Below, in pieces: positions 18,542-31,307 of a DNA stretch of 64,000 bases. Position 1 is the first letter of the stretch; each line of letters begins with the position of its first letter. The position numbers were made by a program, and so were the translations under genes. The DNA lies in assembly GCA_965220965.1 (NCBI GenBank), contig OZ244852.1, positions 1,120,001 through 1,184,000 on the forward strand, written 5' to 3'. This DNA comes from Candidatus Marinacidobacterium sp. GTDB taxonomy: Bacteria > Acidobacteriota > Vicinamibacteria > Marinacidobacterales > Marinacidobacteraceae. The notes under the pieces were generated by a model. The model was not told the DNA's origin. It searched no databases and saw nothing but the letters and a program-made list of their open reading frames with translations.

Positions 18542-18696
18542 GCCGATCCTCCCTGGGCCGGTAGTCTCGCAGGGGCGGTCGTCACGTCGCAGCCTGGTGG
18601 CGCGCCGGGATCACAAGGGGGCCGGGCTGTGGCGCGCACAGGACTCGAAGCGCCGCGCGCTGGACAGCGCCCCCGAGGCGCAACGAACCTCGGCCC

Positions 18697-20376
18697 CTAC
18701 CGCCAGCCGCGGAGGGAGGCGACGATCGCCTCGGCGTCCTTCGGCGGGGGGCCGGTGCGGCGGCTCACGACCCAGGTCACCGCGAAGTTGAGCAGCATCC
18801 CGAGCGTTCCGATGCCCTCCGGGCTGATCCCGAACCACCACGACTCCGGTCCGCTCCACTCGAAGACCTTGAACCAGCCGATGTAGACGGCGGTGAACCC
18901 GGTCCCGGCGATCATGCCCGCGACCGCGCCGCGGGCCGTGACCCAGGTGGTGAACACCCCCAGAACGAGCACCGGGAAGAAACTGGCGGCGGCCAGACCG
19001 AAGGCGAACGCCACGACGGCGGCGACGTAGTCGGGCGGATAAATCCCCACCACGATCGCCACGATGACCGCTCCGGCGGCCGAGAGGCGAGCGGCGAACA
19101 GCTCGCTCCGCTCGCTCATGTTGGGGCGGAGGAAGCTCTTCAGGAGGTCGTGGGAGACCGAGGCCGAGATGACGAGCAGCAGCCCGGCGGCGGTGGAGAG
19201 CGCCGCGGCGAGGCCTCCCGCAGCGACAAGCCCGACGACCCAGGCCGGGAGCTCGGCGATCTCCGGGTTCGCGAGGACCATGATGTCCCGGTCGATCACG
19301 AGCTCCGCCCCCGGACCCTCCCCGTACTGGATCAGCCCGTCCCCATTCACGTCGGTGAACCGGATCAGCCCGGTCGCCTCCCAGGTGCGGAACCAGTCCG
19401 GCGCCTCGGCGACCGGGGTGTTGTGGAGCGTCTGGATCAGGTTGACCCGGGCGAAGGCGGCGACCGCCGGGGCGGTCGTGTAGAGGATCGCAATGAAGGC
19501 GAGCGCCCAGAGGACGCTCCAGCGGGCGAGCCTTGCGCTCCGCACCGTGTAGAAGCGGATCAGCACGTGCGGGAGGCCGGCGGTCCCCGCCATGAGCGCG
19601 AGGGTGATCGCGAAGACGTCCTGGAGGGTCTTCTTGCCGGCGAGGAAGGCCCCGGTGTATTCAGGGAGGCCGAGATCCCGGTGGATCAAGTCGATGGCGC
19701 GCAGCAGCGCGACGCCGGCGCGCTCGCCCTCGACGAGGATCGACCCGAACCCGATCTGCGGGATCGGCGTCCCGGTCATCATCCAGGAGATGGCCCCCGC
19801 CGGGATCAGGAAGGCCACGATGAGCACGCAGTACTGCGCCACCTGGGTGTAGGTGATGCCGCGCATCCCGCCGAGCGTCGCGTAGAGGAGGACGATGACC
19901 CCGCCGATGACCACCCCGTACTCCACCGGGATCGTCAGGAACCGCGAGAACACGACCCCGACGCCGCGCATCTGCCCGGCGACGTAGGTGAACGAGATGA
20001 ACACCGCGCACGCCACCGCGACCAGCCGGGCCATCTGGGAGGCGTAGCGGTCGCCGACGAACTCGGGGATCGTGTAGCGGCCGTAGCGGCGCAGGTAGGG
20101 CGCGACGAGCAGCGCCAGCAGGACGTACCCGCCGGTCCACCCCATGAGGTAGATCGCCCCGTCGTAGCCCATGAACGATATGAGCCCCGCCATCGAGAGG
20201 AACGACGCCGCGCTCATCCAGTCGGCGCCGGTGGCCATCCCGTTCGCCACCGCCGAGACGCCGCGCCCGGCGACGTAGAAGCCGGAGGTCGTCCCCACCC
20301 GGCTCGCCACCGCGATCGCGCTGTAGAGCGCGAAGCTGAGCCCCACGAAGAGCAGGGTCCAGCCGGCGATGCTCAA
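18697..20376 (-). CDS. actP: Sodium:solute symporter, ActP-like (putative acetate/monocarboxylate uptake)
   Basis: GFYVAGRGV..NGMATGADWMSAASF; GTAGLPHVLIRFYT; GGLAAALSTAAGLLL; many TM helices; adjacent DUF4212 gene. Confidence 0.8.
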   Translation of the reverse strand: MSIAGWTLLFVGLSFALYSAIAVASRVGTTSGFYVAGRGVSAVANGMATGADWMSAASFLSMAGLISFMGYDGAIYLMGWTGGYVLLALLVAPYLRRYGRYTIPEFVGDRYASQMARLVAVACAVFISFTYVAGQMRGVGVVFSRFLTIPVEYGVVIGGVIVLLYATLGGMRGITYTQVAQYCVLIVAFLIPAGAISWMMTGTPIPQIGFGSILVEGERAGVALLRAIDLIHRDLGLPEYTGAFLAGKKTLQDVFAITLALMAGTAGLPHVLIRFYTVRSARLARWSVLWALAFIAILYTTAPAVAAFARVNLIQTLHNTPVAEAPDWFRTWEATGLIRFTDVNGDGLIQYGEGPGAELVIDRDIMVLANPEIAELPAWVVGLVAAGGLAAALSTAAGLLLVISASVSHDLLKSFLRPNMSERSELFAARLSAAGAVIVAIVVGIYPPDYVAAVVAFAFGLAAASFFPVLVLGVFTTWVTARGAVAGMIAGTGFTAVYIGWFKVFEWSGPESWWFGISPEGIGTLGMLLNFAVTWVVSRRTGPPPKDAEAIVASLRGWR

Positions 20377-20699
20377 TGCGGTTCCGCCTTGGTGTCAGGT
20401 TGTTCGTTGGCGTCGACTCCGGAGTCGCGCTCGATCCGGTCCATGGCGACCGCGTTCACTGCGAGCAGCAAGACGAACACGATGATCGACCCCTGCTGCG
20501 CGAACCAGAACCCCAGCGGGAAGCCGGCGACCCAGATCTGGTTGAGCGGCCCGGCGAACAGCACGCCGAGCCCCAGCGACGCGGTGAACCAGATCGCGAG
20601 CAGGACGCCGATGAGCCGCAGGCTCCGCTTCCAGGCGCGTTCGCGGCCGTCAACCGGCGGGGCCGGGGACGGGTCGGGAGCGGGGGGATCGGGAGTCAT
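20373..20699 (-). CDS. DUF4212 small membrane partner of the SSS transporter
   Basis: LLAIWF..GFPLGFWFAQQGSI motif; overlaps the actP start. Confidence 0.85.
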   Translation of the reverse strand: MTPDPPAPDPSPAPPVDGRERAWKRSLRLIGVLLAIWFTASLGLGVLFAGPLNQIWVAGFPLGFWFAQQGSIIVFVLLLAVNAVAMDRIERDSGVDANEQPDTKAEPH

Positions 20700-20792
20700 G
20701 CGCGCGGGAGAGGACCGTGAACGAGTTGCGGCCCTCCCGGTGGCAAAGGCTATATGCTCGGGCAGCGTTACCGAAACAGAGAGGAGATCGAA

Positions 20793-21665
20793 GTGATACC
20801 ACCGTCATTCGACTACCACGCACCGGGGTCGCTCGACGAAGCGAGCCGGCTGCTGCGGGACGATCCGGAGGCGAAGATCCTGGCGGGGGGCCACAGCCTG
20901 ATCCCGATGATGCGGTTCCGGGTGGCGCAGCCCGGCTCGCTCGTGGATCTGCGCCGGGTGCCCGGTCTTTCCGGCCTTCGCGAAGAGCGGGGTCACCTCG
21001 TCATCGGGGCGATGACCACGCAGTCCGAACTCGAGAAGTCCGACTTGGCGAAGAGCCGTTACCCGCTGCTCGCCGACGCGGCGCGGGTCATCGCCGACCC
21101 GCTGGTCAGGAACCTCGCCACCGTCGGCGGCAACGTCGCCCACGCCGACCCCGGGAACGACCTGCCGGCGGCGATGCTGGCCTGCGGAGCCTCGTTCACC
21201 GCCTGGAGCCCGGCCGGGGAACGCACGATCTCCGCGGATGACTTCTTCCTCGGACCGTTCGCCACCGCGCTGGAGGCCGGCGAGATCCTGACCTCGATCC
21301 GGGTCCCGTCGCCCGCGGCCGGATCCGGCGGCGCCTACATGAAGTTCGAGCGGAAGGTCGGCGACTACGCGGTCGCCGCGGTCGCGGTCCAGTTGCGGGT
21401 CGACGGCGGACGGATCGCCGACGCCGGGGTGGCGCTCACGAACGTCGGCCTCACCGCCATCCGGGCGAACGCGGCGGAAACGGCGCTTATCGGCTCGGAC
21501 GGGAGCGAGGACGCTCTCGACGCCGCCGCGGCGGCGGCCGCCGGGGCCGCGGAGCCCGCCGCCGACCACCGCGGCTCCGAGGACTACAAGCGCGCGGTGG
21601 TTCGCGCGCTGACGCACCGGGCGGCGACCAGGGCGCTGGCCCGGGCCCGGGGAGGGGAAGCATGA
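20793..21665 (+). CDS. coxM: Aerobic CO dehydrogenase medium (FAD) subunit
   Basis: RBS GAGGAG then GTG 20793: [54 protein letters not shown]. Confidence 0.9.
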   Translation: MIPPSFDYHAPGSLDEASRLLRDDPEAKILAGGHSLIPMMRFRVAQPGSLVDLRRVPGLSGLREERGHLVIGAMTTQSELEKSDLAKSRYPLLADAARVIADPLVRNLATVGGNVAHADPGNDLPAAMLACGASFTAWSPAGERTISADDFFLGPFATALEAGEILTSIRVPSPAAGSGGAYMKFERKVGDYAVAAVAVQLRVDGGRIADAGVALTNVGLTAIRANAAETALIGSDGSEDALDAAAAAAAGAAEPAADHRGSEDYKRAVVRALTHRAATRALARARGGEA

Positions 21666-22151
21666 GCGCGCACCGCGTCACGATCACCGTCAACGGCGAG
21701 CCGATGGAGCGCGAGGTCGAATCGCGCCTCCTGCTCGTCCACTTCCTCCGCGAGGAGCTCGGCCTCACCGGCACCCACATCGGGTGCGACACGACCTCCT
21801 GCGGCGCCTGCACCGTCCTGCTGGACGGAACGCCGGCGAAGAGCTGCACCGTGTTCGCGGTCGCGGCCGACGGGCGCGAGGTCACGACCGTCGAGGGGCT
21901 CGGCAACGGCGGGCTCCACCCCATCCAGCAGGGCTTCATGGAATGCCACGGCCTGCAGTGCGGATTCTGCACCCCGGGCATGATGCTGACCTCGAAGGCC
22001 CTGCTCGACGAGAACCCCGATCCCAGCGAGGAGGAGATCCGCTGGGGCATCTCCGGCAACCTGTGCCGGTGCACCGGTTACGTGAACATCGTCAAGGCGG
22101 TCCGGCACGCCGCCGACGCCATGCGCGACAACGCCGGCGAGGAGAGCAGCA

Positions 22152-22159
<8 letters not shown>
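21662..22159 (+). CDS. coxS: Aerobic CO dehydrogenase small (2Fe-2S) subunit
   Basis: [12 protein letters not shown] and [17 protein letters not shown] motifs. Confidence 0.93.
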
Positions 22160-24497
<2,338 letters not shown>

Positions 24498-24677
24498 CAG
24501 TCCGTTGATAAAGTCGCGTGCAGCGCCGAGAGCGGTGAGGCGCCCGTCCGACAAGGCGCGTGAGCGAGGAATATCGGGAATATTCCGAGCGAAACGCAAC
24601 GATGAGCGCCCCGAAGGGGCGTGATTCGGGCGGGATGCATCGCCGCTCGAACGCCGCGGGACTTTGTCAACGGGCTG
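24498..24677 (+). mobile_element. 180-bp MITE, copy 1
   Basis: Ends CAGTCCGTTGATAAAGTC ... GACTTTGTCAACGGGCTG (imperfect TIR). TTAG duplicated at 24494-24497 and 24678-24681; the left copy includes the coxL stop. Confidence 0.88.
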
Positions 24678-25684
24678 TTAGCGGGGCGCCGGCGTCCCCG
24701 CTCGCGGTGGCGGTCTCTCCCGGTGAGGGCCCGGGCGACCTTCTCCGGGAGGCGGTGCGCCTCCAGGAGGCGGGGGAGCCCTTTGCGCTCGCCACCGTGG
24801 TGCGGGCCGAGCGGCCCACATCGGCCCGGCCCGGCGCGAAAGCGCTCGTCACCCCGGACGGACGGGTGCTCGGCTTCGTCGGCGGCGCCTGCGTCCGGCC
24901 CTCGGTGCTGCGCGAGTCGCTCCGGGCGCTCGAGGACGGCGAGCCCCGCCTGCTGCGGATCTCGCCGGACGCCCCCCCGCCGGGGGTCAGCGCCCCGGAA
25001 GGGGTCCTGGAGGAAGTCATGGCCTGCGTGAGTGGCGGCGCCCTCGACATCCACATCGAACCCCACCTGCCGAAGAAGCGGCTCGCGGTGTTCGGCGAGT
25101 CCCCGGTCGCCCAGGCCTGCCGGTCCCTCGGGGCCGCGCTCGGATTCGCGGTCGAGGCGCCGCCCGCCGAGGAAGCGGCGCTCGAGGGCGCCGTGGTGGT
25201 CGTCGCGCTCCACGGGGAATCGGAGGGAAAGATCCTGCGCGCCGCGCTCGCCGAAGGCCGGGCGGCCTGGGTGGGCCTGGTGGCCAGCCCCCGACGCGCC
25301 GAGGCGGTGCGCGCCGACCTCCGCCGTCAGGGGCTTTCCGAAGCGGACATCGCGCGGCTCGCGTCTCCGGCGGGGCTCGATATCGGCGCCGAGACGGCGG
25401 CGGAGATCGCGCTCAGCATCTTCGCCCAGGTGGTCGCCGACATCCGGCGGCCCGCAGCGGTGGAGCGGGAGGCGGCGCAGCCGGCCGAGCCGGCGCCGAT
25501 CGCGATTTCGCTCGCCGCCGATCCCCCGGCCGATCCGCCGGAGGTGTTCGTGGACCCCATCTGCGGGATGACGGTCCGCGCCGACTCCCCGCACCGCCTC
25601 GAGGGCGAGGACGGCCCGGTGCTCTTCTGCTGCGGCGGCTGTCTGGACCGCTACCAGGCGGCCTCCCCGCAGGCGACCGCCTGA
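24560..25684 (+). CDS. XdhC/CoxF-like Mo-cofactor maturation protein with C-terminal YHS domain (start uncertain; ORF begins inside the MITE)
   Basis: FALATVVRAERPTSARPGAKALV..GFVGGAC; CVSGGALDIHIEP; VGLVASPRR; PAGLDIGAETAAEIALSI; YHS-like VDPICGMTV..FCCGGC. Native start may be GTG 24707. Confidence 0.85.
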   Translation: MSEEYREYSERNATMSAPKGRDSGGMHRRSNAAGLCQRAVSGAPASPLAVAVSPGEGPGDLLREAVRLQEAGEPFALATVVRAERPTSARPGAKALVTPDGRVLGFVGGACVRPSVLRESLRALEDGEPRLLRISPDAPPPGVSAPEGVLEEVMACVSGGALDIHIEPHLPKKRLAVFGESPVAQACRSLGAALGFAVEAPPAEEAALEGAVVVVALHGESEGKILRAALAEGRAAWVGLVASPRRAEAVRADLRRQGLSEADIARLASPAGLDIGAETAAEIALSIFAQVVADIRRPAAVEREAAQPAEPAPIAISLAADPPADPPEVFVDPICGMTVRADSPHRLEGEDGPVLFCCGGCLDRYQAASPQATA

Positions 25685-25705
25685 GCTGCGAGCGCCCGTT
25701 CGGCG

Positions 25706-26497
25706 TCAGCCGGAAGGCGCGTCGGACCGCTTCGGCGGCCAGGGGAAGAACGCGCTCGTCCGGCGGACGTAGTCGTCGTAGCCGGGGCGCGCCGAGAGGC
25801 CGCGCTCGAGCAGCGTCACGCCGGAGACGCGGACGATGAGCAGGCTCATCAGCGCCGGCCCCAGCAGCGTCCACGCGCCGCCGGGAACCGCCAGCGCGAA
25901 ACAGCCAAGACCCCACCACAGCGTTGCGTCCCCGAAGTAGTTCGGGTGGCGGGAGAGCCGCCAGAGGCCGCGGTCCATGACCCGTCCGGCGTTCGCCGGG
26001 TCGGCCCGGAAGCGGCTCAACTGCAGGTCGGAGACCGCCTCGAAGAAGAACCCGACCGCGAAGAGGGCCACGCCGAGGCTGTCGAGCCAGGACCACGGAG
26101 TGGAAGCCGTCTGCGCTGCGAGGAGCGGCATGGCGACGATCCACATGAGGACCGCCTGGAGCCAGAAGACGATCGGCAGCGAGAGCAGCGGGAACCGCGC
26201 TCCCCGTCGCTTCCGCATCGCCTGGTAGCGCGGGTCCTCGCCTTTCCCCCGGCTGCGCCAGAGGATGTGGAGCGCGAGCCGCAAACCCCAGATCGTGACG
26301 AGGACCGGGACGAGGGTCGCCCGGAGCGACTCCGAGGCGCCCAGGTCCCGGTAGAGCCAGGCGAGGACCACGAAGCCGGGTCCCCAGAAGATGTCCACGA
26401 TCGAGGCGTCGCGGCGGAGGAGGCTGAGGAGCCAGACGAGCGTCAGGAGGCCAAGGACGGCCCCGAGGCCGTAGAAGGCCGCCGGGACGAGCGTCAT
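25706..26497 (-). CDS. DUF1295 / steroid 5-alpha-reductase-like membrane protein
   Basis: From ATG 26497: RDASIVDIFWG..GEDPRY..EAVSDLQL..GLWRLSRHPNYFGD..SGVTLLE. Confidence 0.88.
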   Translation of the reverse strand: MTLVPAAFYGLGAVLGLLTLVWLLSLLRRDASIVDIFWGPGFVVLAWLYRDLGASESLRATLVPVLVTIWGLRLALHILWRSRGKGEDPRYQAMRKRRGARFPLLSLPIVFWLQAVLMWIVAMPLLAAQTASTPWSWLDSLGVALFAVGFFFEAVSDLQLSRFRADPANAGRVMDRGLWRLSRHPNYFGDATLWWGLGCFALAVPGGAWTLLGPALMSLLIVRVSGVTLLERGLSARPGYDDYVRRTSAFFPWPPKRSDAPSG

Positions 26498-26832
26498 CGG
26501 CCCGGCGCCGGCCGCAGCAGCAGATCCCGGACCGAAGCGCCCCGGGGCAGCATCCAGAGCCGGATGAGGAGGTAGACGGAGACCGCGATCGTGCCGAGCG
26601 TCATGACGAGGACGAACCACAGGACGCGGCGGGGCCAGGTCGGCTCCCGCCAGGCGATCCAGAGGTACGCGAAGAGGAAGCCGAAATAGGCGTCGGCGAG
26701 GGTGGCGCGGAACCAGGGATCGGGCCAGAGCGCCGACCCGGCCTCGAAGAGCCCGCGGTCGCCCGAGGCGATCACGGTCACGCTCACCATGGACACGAGG
26801 ACCCCGAGCGAAACGAGTCGGAGAAGCGTCAT
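26494..26832 (-). CDS. DUF1475-like small membrane protein
   Basis: From ATG 26832: PWFRATLADAYFGF..WIAWRE..LGTIAVSVYL; 4-bp overlaps with both neighbours. Confidence 0.75.
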   Translation of the reverse strand: MTLLRLVSLGVLVSMVSVTVIASGDRGLFEAGSALWPDPWFRATLADAYFGFLFAYLWIAWREPTWPRRVLWFVLVMTLGTIAVSVYLLIRLWMLPRGASVRDLLLRPAPGR

Positions 26833-27881
26833 GAACTTGCCTCCTTGGGCGGACCCGGCGCGGCCCTCCGGGACCACAGCGAGTGGGACACGAACCACTC
26901 GCGCCCCTCGTCGTAGCCGAAGGTCCCGGCGCAGGCCAGGAAGAAGATCCGCCAGCGACGCAGCGCGACGGCTCCCGAGCCGCCTCCCGGCGCGGCGAGC
27001 GCGGCGCGCGCCGCGGCGCGGCGCCGGTCGAGATTCCGAAGCCACGCGAGCGCGGTGCGCTCGTAGTGATCGCCGCCGACCCGCCAGCGCGCTTCAAGTT
27101 TCAGCGGCCCGGCGAGAGCGTCGAGCAGCGTTTCCGAGGGCATCAGGCCGCCGGTGAAGAAGTGGCGGGCGATCCAGTCGCCCGAGCCCCGGTCCTCGAA
27201 GAAGTAGGGGCGGGAGCGGTGGCAGAAGTGGTGCACGAACAGACGCCCGTCCGGCTTCAGCCACTGAGCCACCCGCCCCATCAGCAGCGCCTGGTTCCAC
27301 ATGTGCTCGAACATCTCGATCGAGAGGACCCGGTCGAAGCGCCGCCCCGGCTGGAAGCCGTTTAGATCCGCGGTCCGCGCCTCGACCCCGGAGTGGCCCC
27401 GGCGCCGTGCGGCTTCGCGGATCCACTCCCCCTGGGACCGGGAGTTCGAGACCGCCAGCACCCGGCAGTTCGGGTAATGCGCCGCGATCCAGAGGGTCAG
27501 CGAACCCCAGCCGCACCCCAGATCGAGGACCTCCATCCCGTCCTCGAGCCCGGCGCGCTGGCAGACGAGATCCAGCGCGGCCGCCTCGGACCCGTCGAGC
27601 GTGTCCACGCCGTCCGGCCAGTAGCCGCAGGAGTACTTCAGGTGACGACCCAGCACCAGCCGGAAGAACCCGGTCGGGACCTCGTAGTGCTGTTCGTTCG
27701 CGGCGTCGGTGGCGGCGGCGAGCGGCTCGCCCCGCATGCGCTCGAGGATCGCCGCCTCGGCCTCGGCGGCGTCCACCGCGCAGATCTCGTCGTGGCGCGC
27801 CTCGACGAACCGGTGGATGCCGCGTCGCAGCAGGCGATCGGGAACCAGGCCGCGCTCCGCCAGCGCGATGGCGGCTCTCAC
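26829..27881 (-). CDS. SAM-dependent methyltransferase, cyclopropane-synthase-like
   Basis: From GTG 27881: ANEQHYEVP..LGRHLKYSCGYW; VLDLGCGWGSL; FDRVLSIEMFEHM; HFFTGGLMPS. Confidence 0.87.
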   Translation of the reverse strand: MRAAIALAERGLVPDRLLRRGIHRFVEARHDEICAVDAAEAEAAILERMRGEPLAAATDAANEQHYEVPTGFFRLVLGRHLKYSCGYWPDGVDTLDGSEAAALDLVCQRAGLEDGMEVLDLGCGWGSLTLWIAAHYPNCRVLAVSNSRSQGEWIREAARRRGHSGVEARTADLNGFQPGRRFDRVLSIEMFEHMWNQALLMGRVAQWLKPDGRLFVHHFCHRSRPYFFEDRGSGDWIARHFFTGGLMPSETLLDALAGPLKLEARWRVGGDHYERTALAWLRNLDRRRAAARAALAAPGGGSGAVALRRWRIFFLACAGTFGYDEGREWFVSHSLWSRRAAPGPPKEASS

Positions 27882-29110
27882 GCCGGCGCCCCGGCGCCGC
27901 GGAGGGGTCCCGGCCCCCGGAAGCCGGGCTTCGCGTAGAGGAGGTGCTGGTCGGTGATCGTCCGCTCGAGAAAGCCCGCTTCGCAGTAGGCGAAGTAGAA
28001 GCGCCAGAGGCGCCGCCGCTCCTCTGACAGCCCGAGCGCCGCGATCGCCTCGTCGCGCGCCTCGAAGCGGGCGCGCCAGAGCGAGAGCGTCCGGGCGTAG
28101 TGGCGGGTCAGGTCCTCGAGGTCGAGCAGCCCGAGGTCGGAGACCTTCGCGACGCACGCCTGGATCCGCGCCAGCGAAGGCAGGAGCCCGCCGGGGAAGA
28201 TGTGCTTCTGGATGAAGTCGACGGAGCGCCGGTAGCCCTCGTAGCGCTGGTCGGAGATCAGGATCGCCTGGATGAGCGCGAGCCCGCGGGGGGCGAGAAG
28301 CTCGCTAACCGTGCGGATGTAGCCGGGCAGGAAGCGGTGGCCGACCGCCTCGATCATCTCGATCGACGCCAGCTTGTCGAAGGCGCCCCGGAAGCGGTCG
28401 GGCAGGTTCCGGTAGTCCTCGCGGATGACCGTCACCCGCTGGCCGAGCCCGGCGCGCGCGACGGCGTTCGAGGCGTAGGCGAACTGCTCGCGAGAGATCG
28501 TGGTGGCGACCACCCGGCACCCGCGCGTCCGGGCGGCGTGGATCGCGAGCGATCCCCATCCGGCGCCGATCTCCACCAGCCGGTCGTCAGGCCCCAGATC
28601 CAGCTTCCGGCAGACGAGCTCCAGCTTCGCCGCCTGCGCGGCTTCGAGCGGGGCGTCCTCGCCGTCGAAGACCCCGCAGGAATAGGTCATCGTGGGGTCC
28701 AGGAACTGCGCGAAGAAGTCGTTCCCGAGGTCGTAGTGCGCCGCGATGTTCCGTCGGCTGCCCTTGAGGCTGTTGGGCTGGAGGAGGTGCGCGGCGCGGG
28801 CGAGGCCCCGGAAGAGCGTGGCGAAACCGCCGTCCAGCCGCGAGAGCGCATCGCGGTTCCTCGCCACCACCCGGACGACGGCGGTGGGGTCGGGGCTCGT
28901 CCACAGGCCCTGCGCGAACGCCTCGCCGGCGCCGATCGATCCGTCGCGCGCCAGCCGGACCCAGCACGAGGGGTCGCGCACCGTCATGCGGGCGCGGAGC
29001 CCGGGCTCGTCGCCGGCGTCCCCGAAGGCGTGCCGCGCCCGGCCCTCGAACACCTCGAGGCGGCCGGAGCGGATCGCCTGCAGGCGTTCCAGCACCATCC
29101 GGCGCGCCAT
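27878..29110 (-). CDS. cfa: Cyclopropane-fatty-acyl-phospholipid synthase / fatty-acid methylase (UfaM-like); start uncertain
   Basis: SRRNIAAHYDLGNDFF; LDPTMTYSC; VEIGAGWG; SIEMIEAVG; FIQKHIFPGG; YFAYCEAGF. Confidence 0.87.
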   Translation of the reverse strand: MARRMVLERLQAIRSGRLEVFEGRARHAFGDAGDEPGLRARMTVRDPSCWVRLARDGSIGAGEAFAQGLWTSPDPTAVVRVVARNRDALSRLDGGFATLFRGLARAAHLLQPNSLKGSRRNIAAHYDLGNDFFAQFLDPTMTYSCGVFDGEDAPLEAAQAAKLELVCRKLDLGPDDRLVEIGAGWGSLAIHAARTRGCRVVATTISREQFAYASNAVARAGLGQRVTVIREDYRNLPDRFRGAFDKLASIEMIEAVGHRFLPGYIRTVSELLAPRGLALIQAILISDQRYEGYRRSVDFIQKHIFPGGLLPSLARIQACVAKVSDLGLLDLEDLTRHYARTLSLWRARFEARDEAIAALGLSEERRRLWRFYFAYCEAGFLERTITDQHLLYAKPGFRGPGPLRGAGAPA

Positions 29111-29151
29111 ACGTCCGGACCAGCCTCCGTCCGGAACCCGGACGGCGCCGG

Positions 29152-29925
29152 TCAGCGCGCCCGGCGATCCGGATGCGGATGGAACGGGATTCCCTTGAAC
29201 CAAAGTCGCATCGCCTCCCAGTGGATCCGGCCCACGACGCGGAGCGTCATCGCGGGGAACCGCGCCAGCGCCCAGGCGAGGCGCCGGCCGGTGATTTCCC
29301 TGCGCTCGAGCCGCAGGGTTGCGTCAAAAACCTTCGCCGTCCCTCGCAGGGCCTCGATGTGGACCGCGAGGCGCTCCCCGGGGGAGCTGAGCCGCCAGGA
29401 ATACTCGAGGTCCATCGGCAGAAACGGCGAAACATGGAACGTCTTGGAGTGGCGGTGGCGGCCGACCCCGGCGTCCGCCTCCGTCTCCCGGGCGTCGAGG
29501 ACGTAGCAGTGGCGCTCCCCCCACGGCGTGTTGTGCACCTCGGCGACGATCGCCTCCACCGCGTCGCCCGGGGGATCGAAGCAGTAGTAGAGGCTGAGGG
29601 GGTTGAAGCAGTGCCCGAAGGAGCGGAGGTGGGTCAGCAGCCGGATGGGTCCCGCGGGGCGCCAGCCGGTCTCGGAAGCCACCAGCTCCCGAACGGCCCC
29701 GTCGAGCGGCGCCGACGGGTCGCCGAGGTGGTCCCGCCGATCGAACCAGTGCAGGTTCCGCCGGCGCCCGGACCACAGCCAGCGCCCCTCGAACACCGTG
29801 TCGAGCTCCGACAGGTCGAGGTACATCAGGTAGAGGGGGTAGTCGAAGGCGTGCTCCCTCGGGAGGAAGCGCCGGTGGCGGATCCTTCCGGCGTAGAGCG
29901 CGCTGGACCGGTCCGCGGAGGTCAC
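29152..29925 (-). CDS. DUF1365 family protein (UfaO-like)
   Basis: LYAGRIRHRRF; FNPLSLYYC; AEVHNTPWGERHCY; KTFHVSPF; IHWEAMRLW. Confidence 0.9.
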   Translation of the reverse strand: MTSADRSSALYAGRIRHRRFLPREHAFDYPLYLMYLDLSELDTVFEGRWLWSGRRRNLHWFDRRDHLGDPSAPLDGAVRELVASETGWRPAGPIRLLTHLRSFGHCFNPLSLYYCFDPPGDAVEAIVAEVHNTPWGERHCYVLDARETEADAGVGRHRHSKTFHVSPFLPMDLEYSWRLSSPGERLAVHIEALRGTAKVFDATLRLERREITGRRLAWALARFPAMTLRVVGRIHWEAMRLWFKGIPFHPHPDRRAR

Positions 29926-31217
29926 GCCGCGACTCCCAGCGCCCGCGCCGCGCGGAGACCGCTCACGACGCCGTCCTCATGAAATCCATGGCCACACCAG
30001 GCCCCACAGTAGTGGATCCGGTCGACGCCGCTGATCTCCGGGAGCCGCGCCTGCGCCGAGACGGCCGCCCGATCGTAGAGCGGGTGCTCGAAGGGGAAGC
30101 GGGCGATGACGCTGGCGGCGGCCACCTCGTCCTCCTGGTTCAGCGAGACCAGGTAGGGGGTCTTCGTCGGCAGGCTCTGGAGCAGCGTCATGTTGTAGGT
30201 GACCACCACCGGGCGCCCGGGATCGCCGGGCGTCCGGTAGTTCCAGCTCGCCCAGGCGCGTCGGCTTCGGGGCAGCACGGACGGGTCGGTGTGGAGGATC
30301 GCCGGGTTCCGCTGGTAGCGGATCGCGCCGAGGACCTCCCCCTCCACCGGGGTGGGAGCTTCCAGCATACGCAGGGCCTGGTCGCTGTGGGTCGCGACGA
30401 CGACCTGGTCGAAGAGCGCCGGCCCGCGGTCCGTCACGACTTCAACGCCCCCCTTGCGCCGCCGCAACCGGCGCACCGGCGTCTCCAGGTGGATGCGGTC
30501 GCGGAAGGGCAGGGTCATCTGGTCCACGTAGACCTGCGAACCGCCCCGGATCACCCGCCAGACCGGCCGCTCGCGAAGGCCGAGGAGACGATGGTGGTCG
30601 AGGAAGCGCAGCAGGAAGAGCGCCGGGGCCTCGAGGATCCGCCGGGGGTCGGTCGACCAGATCGCCGACGTCAGCGGGATCAGGTACTGCTCGGCGAGCG
30701 CGCCTTCCAGCCGGCTGGCGGCGAGGAAGTCGCCGAGCGAGCCCTCGAACCCCTCGGCGATGGCGCGGCGGCCGACGCGGTGGAAGCGCAGGATCTGCGC
30801 CAGGAAGCGGTAGTGGGCGAGGCGGAACAGGTTGCGGCGCTGGGCGAAGAGCGCGCCCCATTCGGGGCCGGCGAACTCGAACCCGGTCCGGTCGCTCCGG
30901 AAGCTGAGGCTCATCGGCGCCGGCTGCGAGCCGACTCCCAGCTCCTCGAGCAGCCGGACGAAGTTCGGGTAGTTGGGCGGGTTGAAGACGATGAACCCGG
31001 CGTCCACCGGAAGCGGGCCGTCCGGAGTATCGACCCGGGTGGTGACGGTGTGTCCGCCGGCGTAGGGCGCGGCCTCGAACACGGTGATGTCGTGGCGGGA
31101 CCGAAGCGCTCGCGCCGCGACCAGCCCGGCGATCCCCGCGCCGACGATGGCGACGCGCTGCCCCCGCGGCGCTGCTGGGCGCCGGGCGGGATCGGGCGAG
31201 GAACTGGAAACGGTCAA
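29922..31217 (-). CDS. FAD-dependent oxidoreductase (UfaD-like fatty-acid desaturase)
   Basis: VAIVGAGIAGL; GGHT; VDAGFIVFN..YPNF; ATHSDQAL; AWASWNY; GAWCGHGFHEDG. Confidence 0.88.
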   Translation of the reverse strand: MTVSSSSPDPARRPAAPRGQRVAIVGAGIAGLVAARALRSRHDITVFEAAPYAGGHTVTTRVDTPDGPLPVDAGFIVFNPPNYPNFVRLLEELGVGSQPAPMSLSFRSDRTGFEFAGPEWGALFAQRRNLFRLAHYRFLAQILRFHRVGRRAIAEGFEGSLGDFLAASRLEGALAEQYLIPLTSAIWSTDPRRILEAPALFLLRFLDHHRLLGLRERPVWRVIRGGSQVYVDQMTLPFRDRIHLETPVRRLRRRKGGVEVVTDRGPALFDQVVVATHSDQALRMLEAPTPVEGEVLGAIRYQRNPAILHTDPSVLPRSRRAWASWNYRTPGDPGRPVVVTYNMTLLQSLPTKTPYLVSLNQEDEVAAASVIARFPFEHPLYDRAAVSAQARLPEISGVDRIHYCGAWCGHGFHEDGVVSGLRAARALGVAA

Positions 31218-31257
31218 AACGGGCGCTTAGGATACACTCCGGCTGGTCGATATCCGA

Positions 31258-31275
31258 GTGATTCCCGGGAATCAC
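31258..31275. promoter_or_regulatory. Perfect 18-bp palindrome in a divergent promoter (candidate operator)
   Basis: GTGATTCCCGGGAATCAC is its own reverse complement; it lies in the 90-bp gap between the lipid operon and its regulator. Confidence 0.5.
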
Positions 31276-31307
31276 CGGTGTTTCCCAATGTTCAAAACGT
31301 TCAGATC

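Noticed and set aside
29979-31307. N-terminal extension of the 732-aa ORF (apparent giant regulator)
   Set aside because: Antisense to the FAD oxidoreductase; the HTH starts at ATG 31308.
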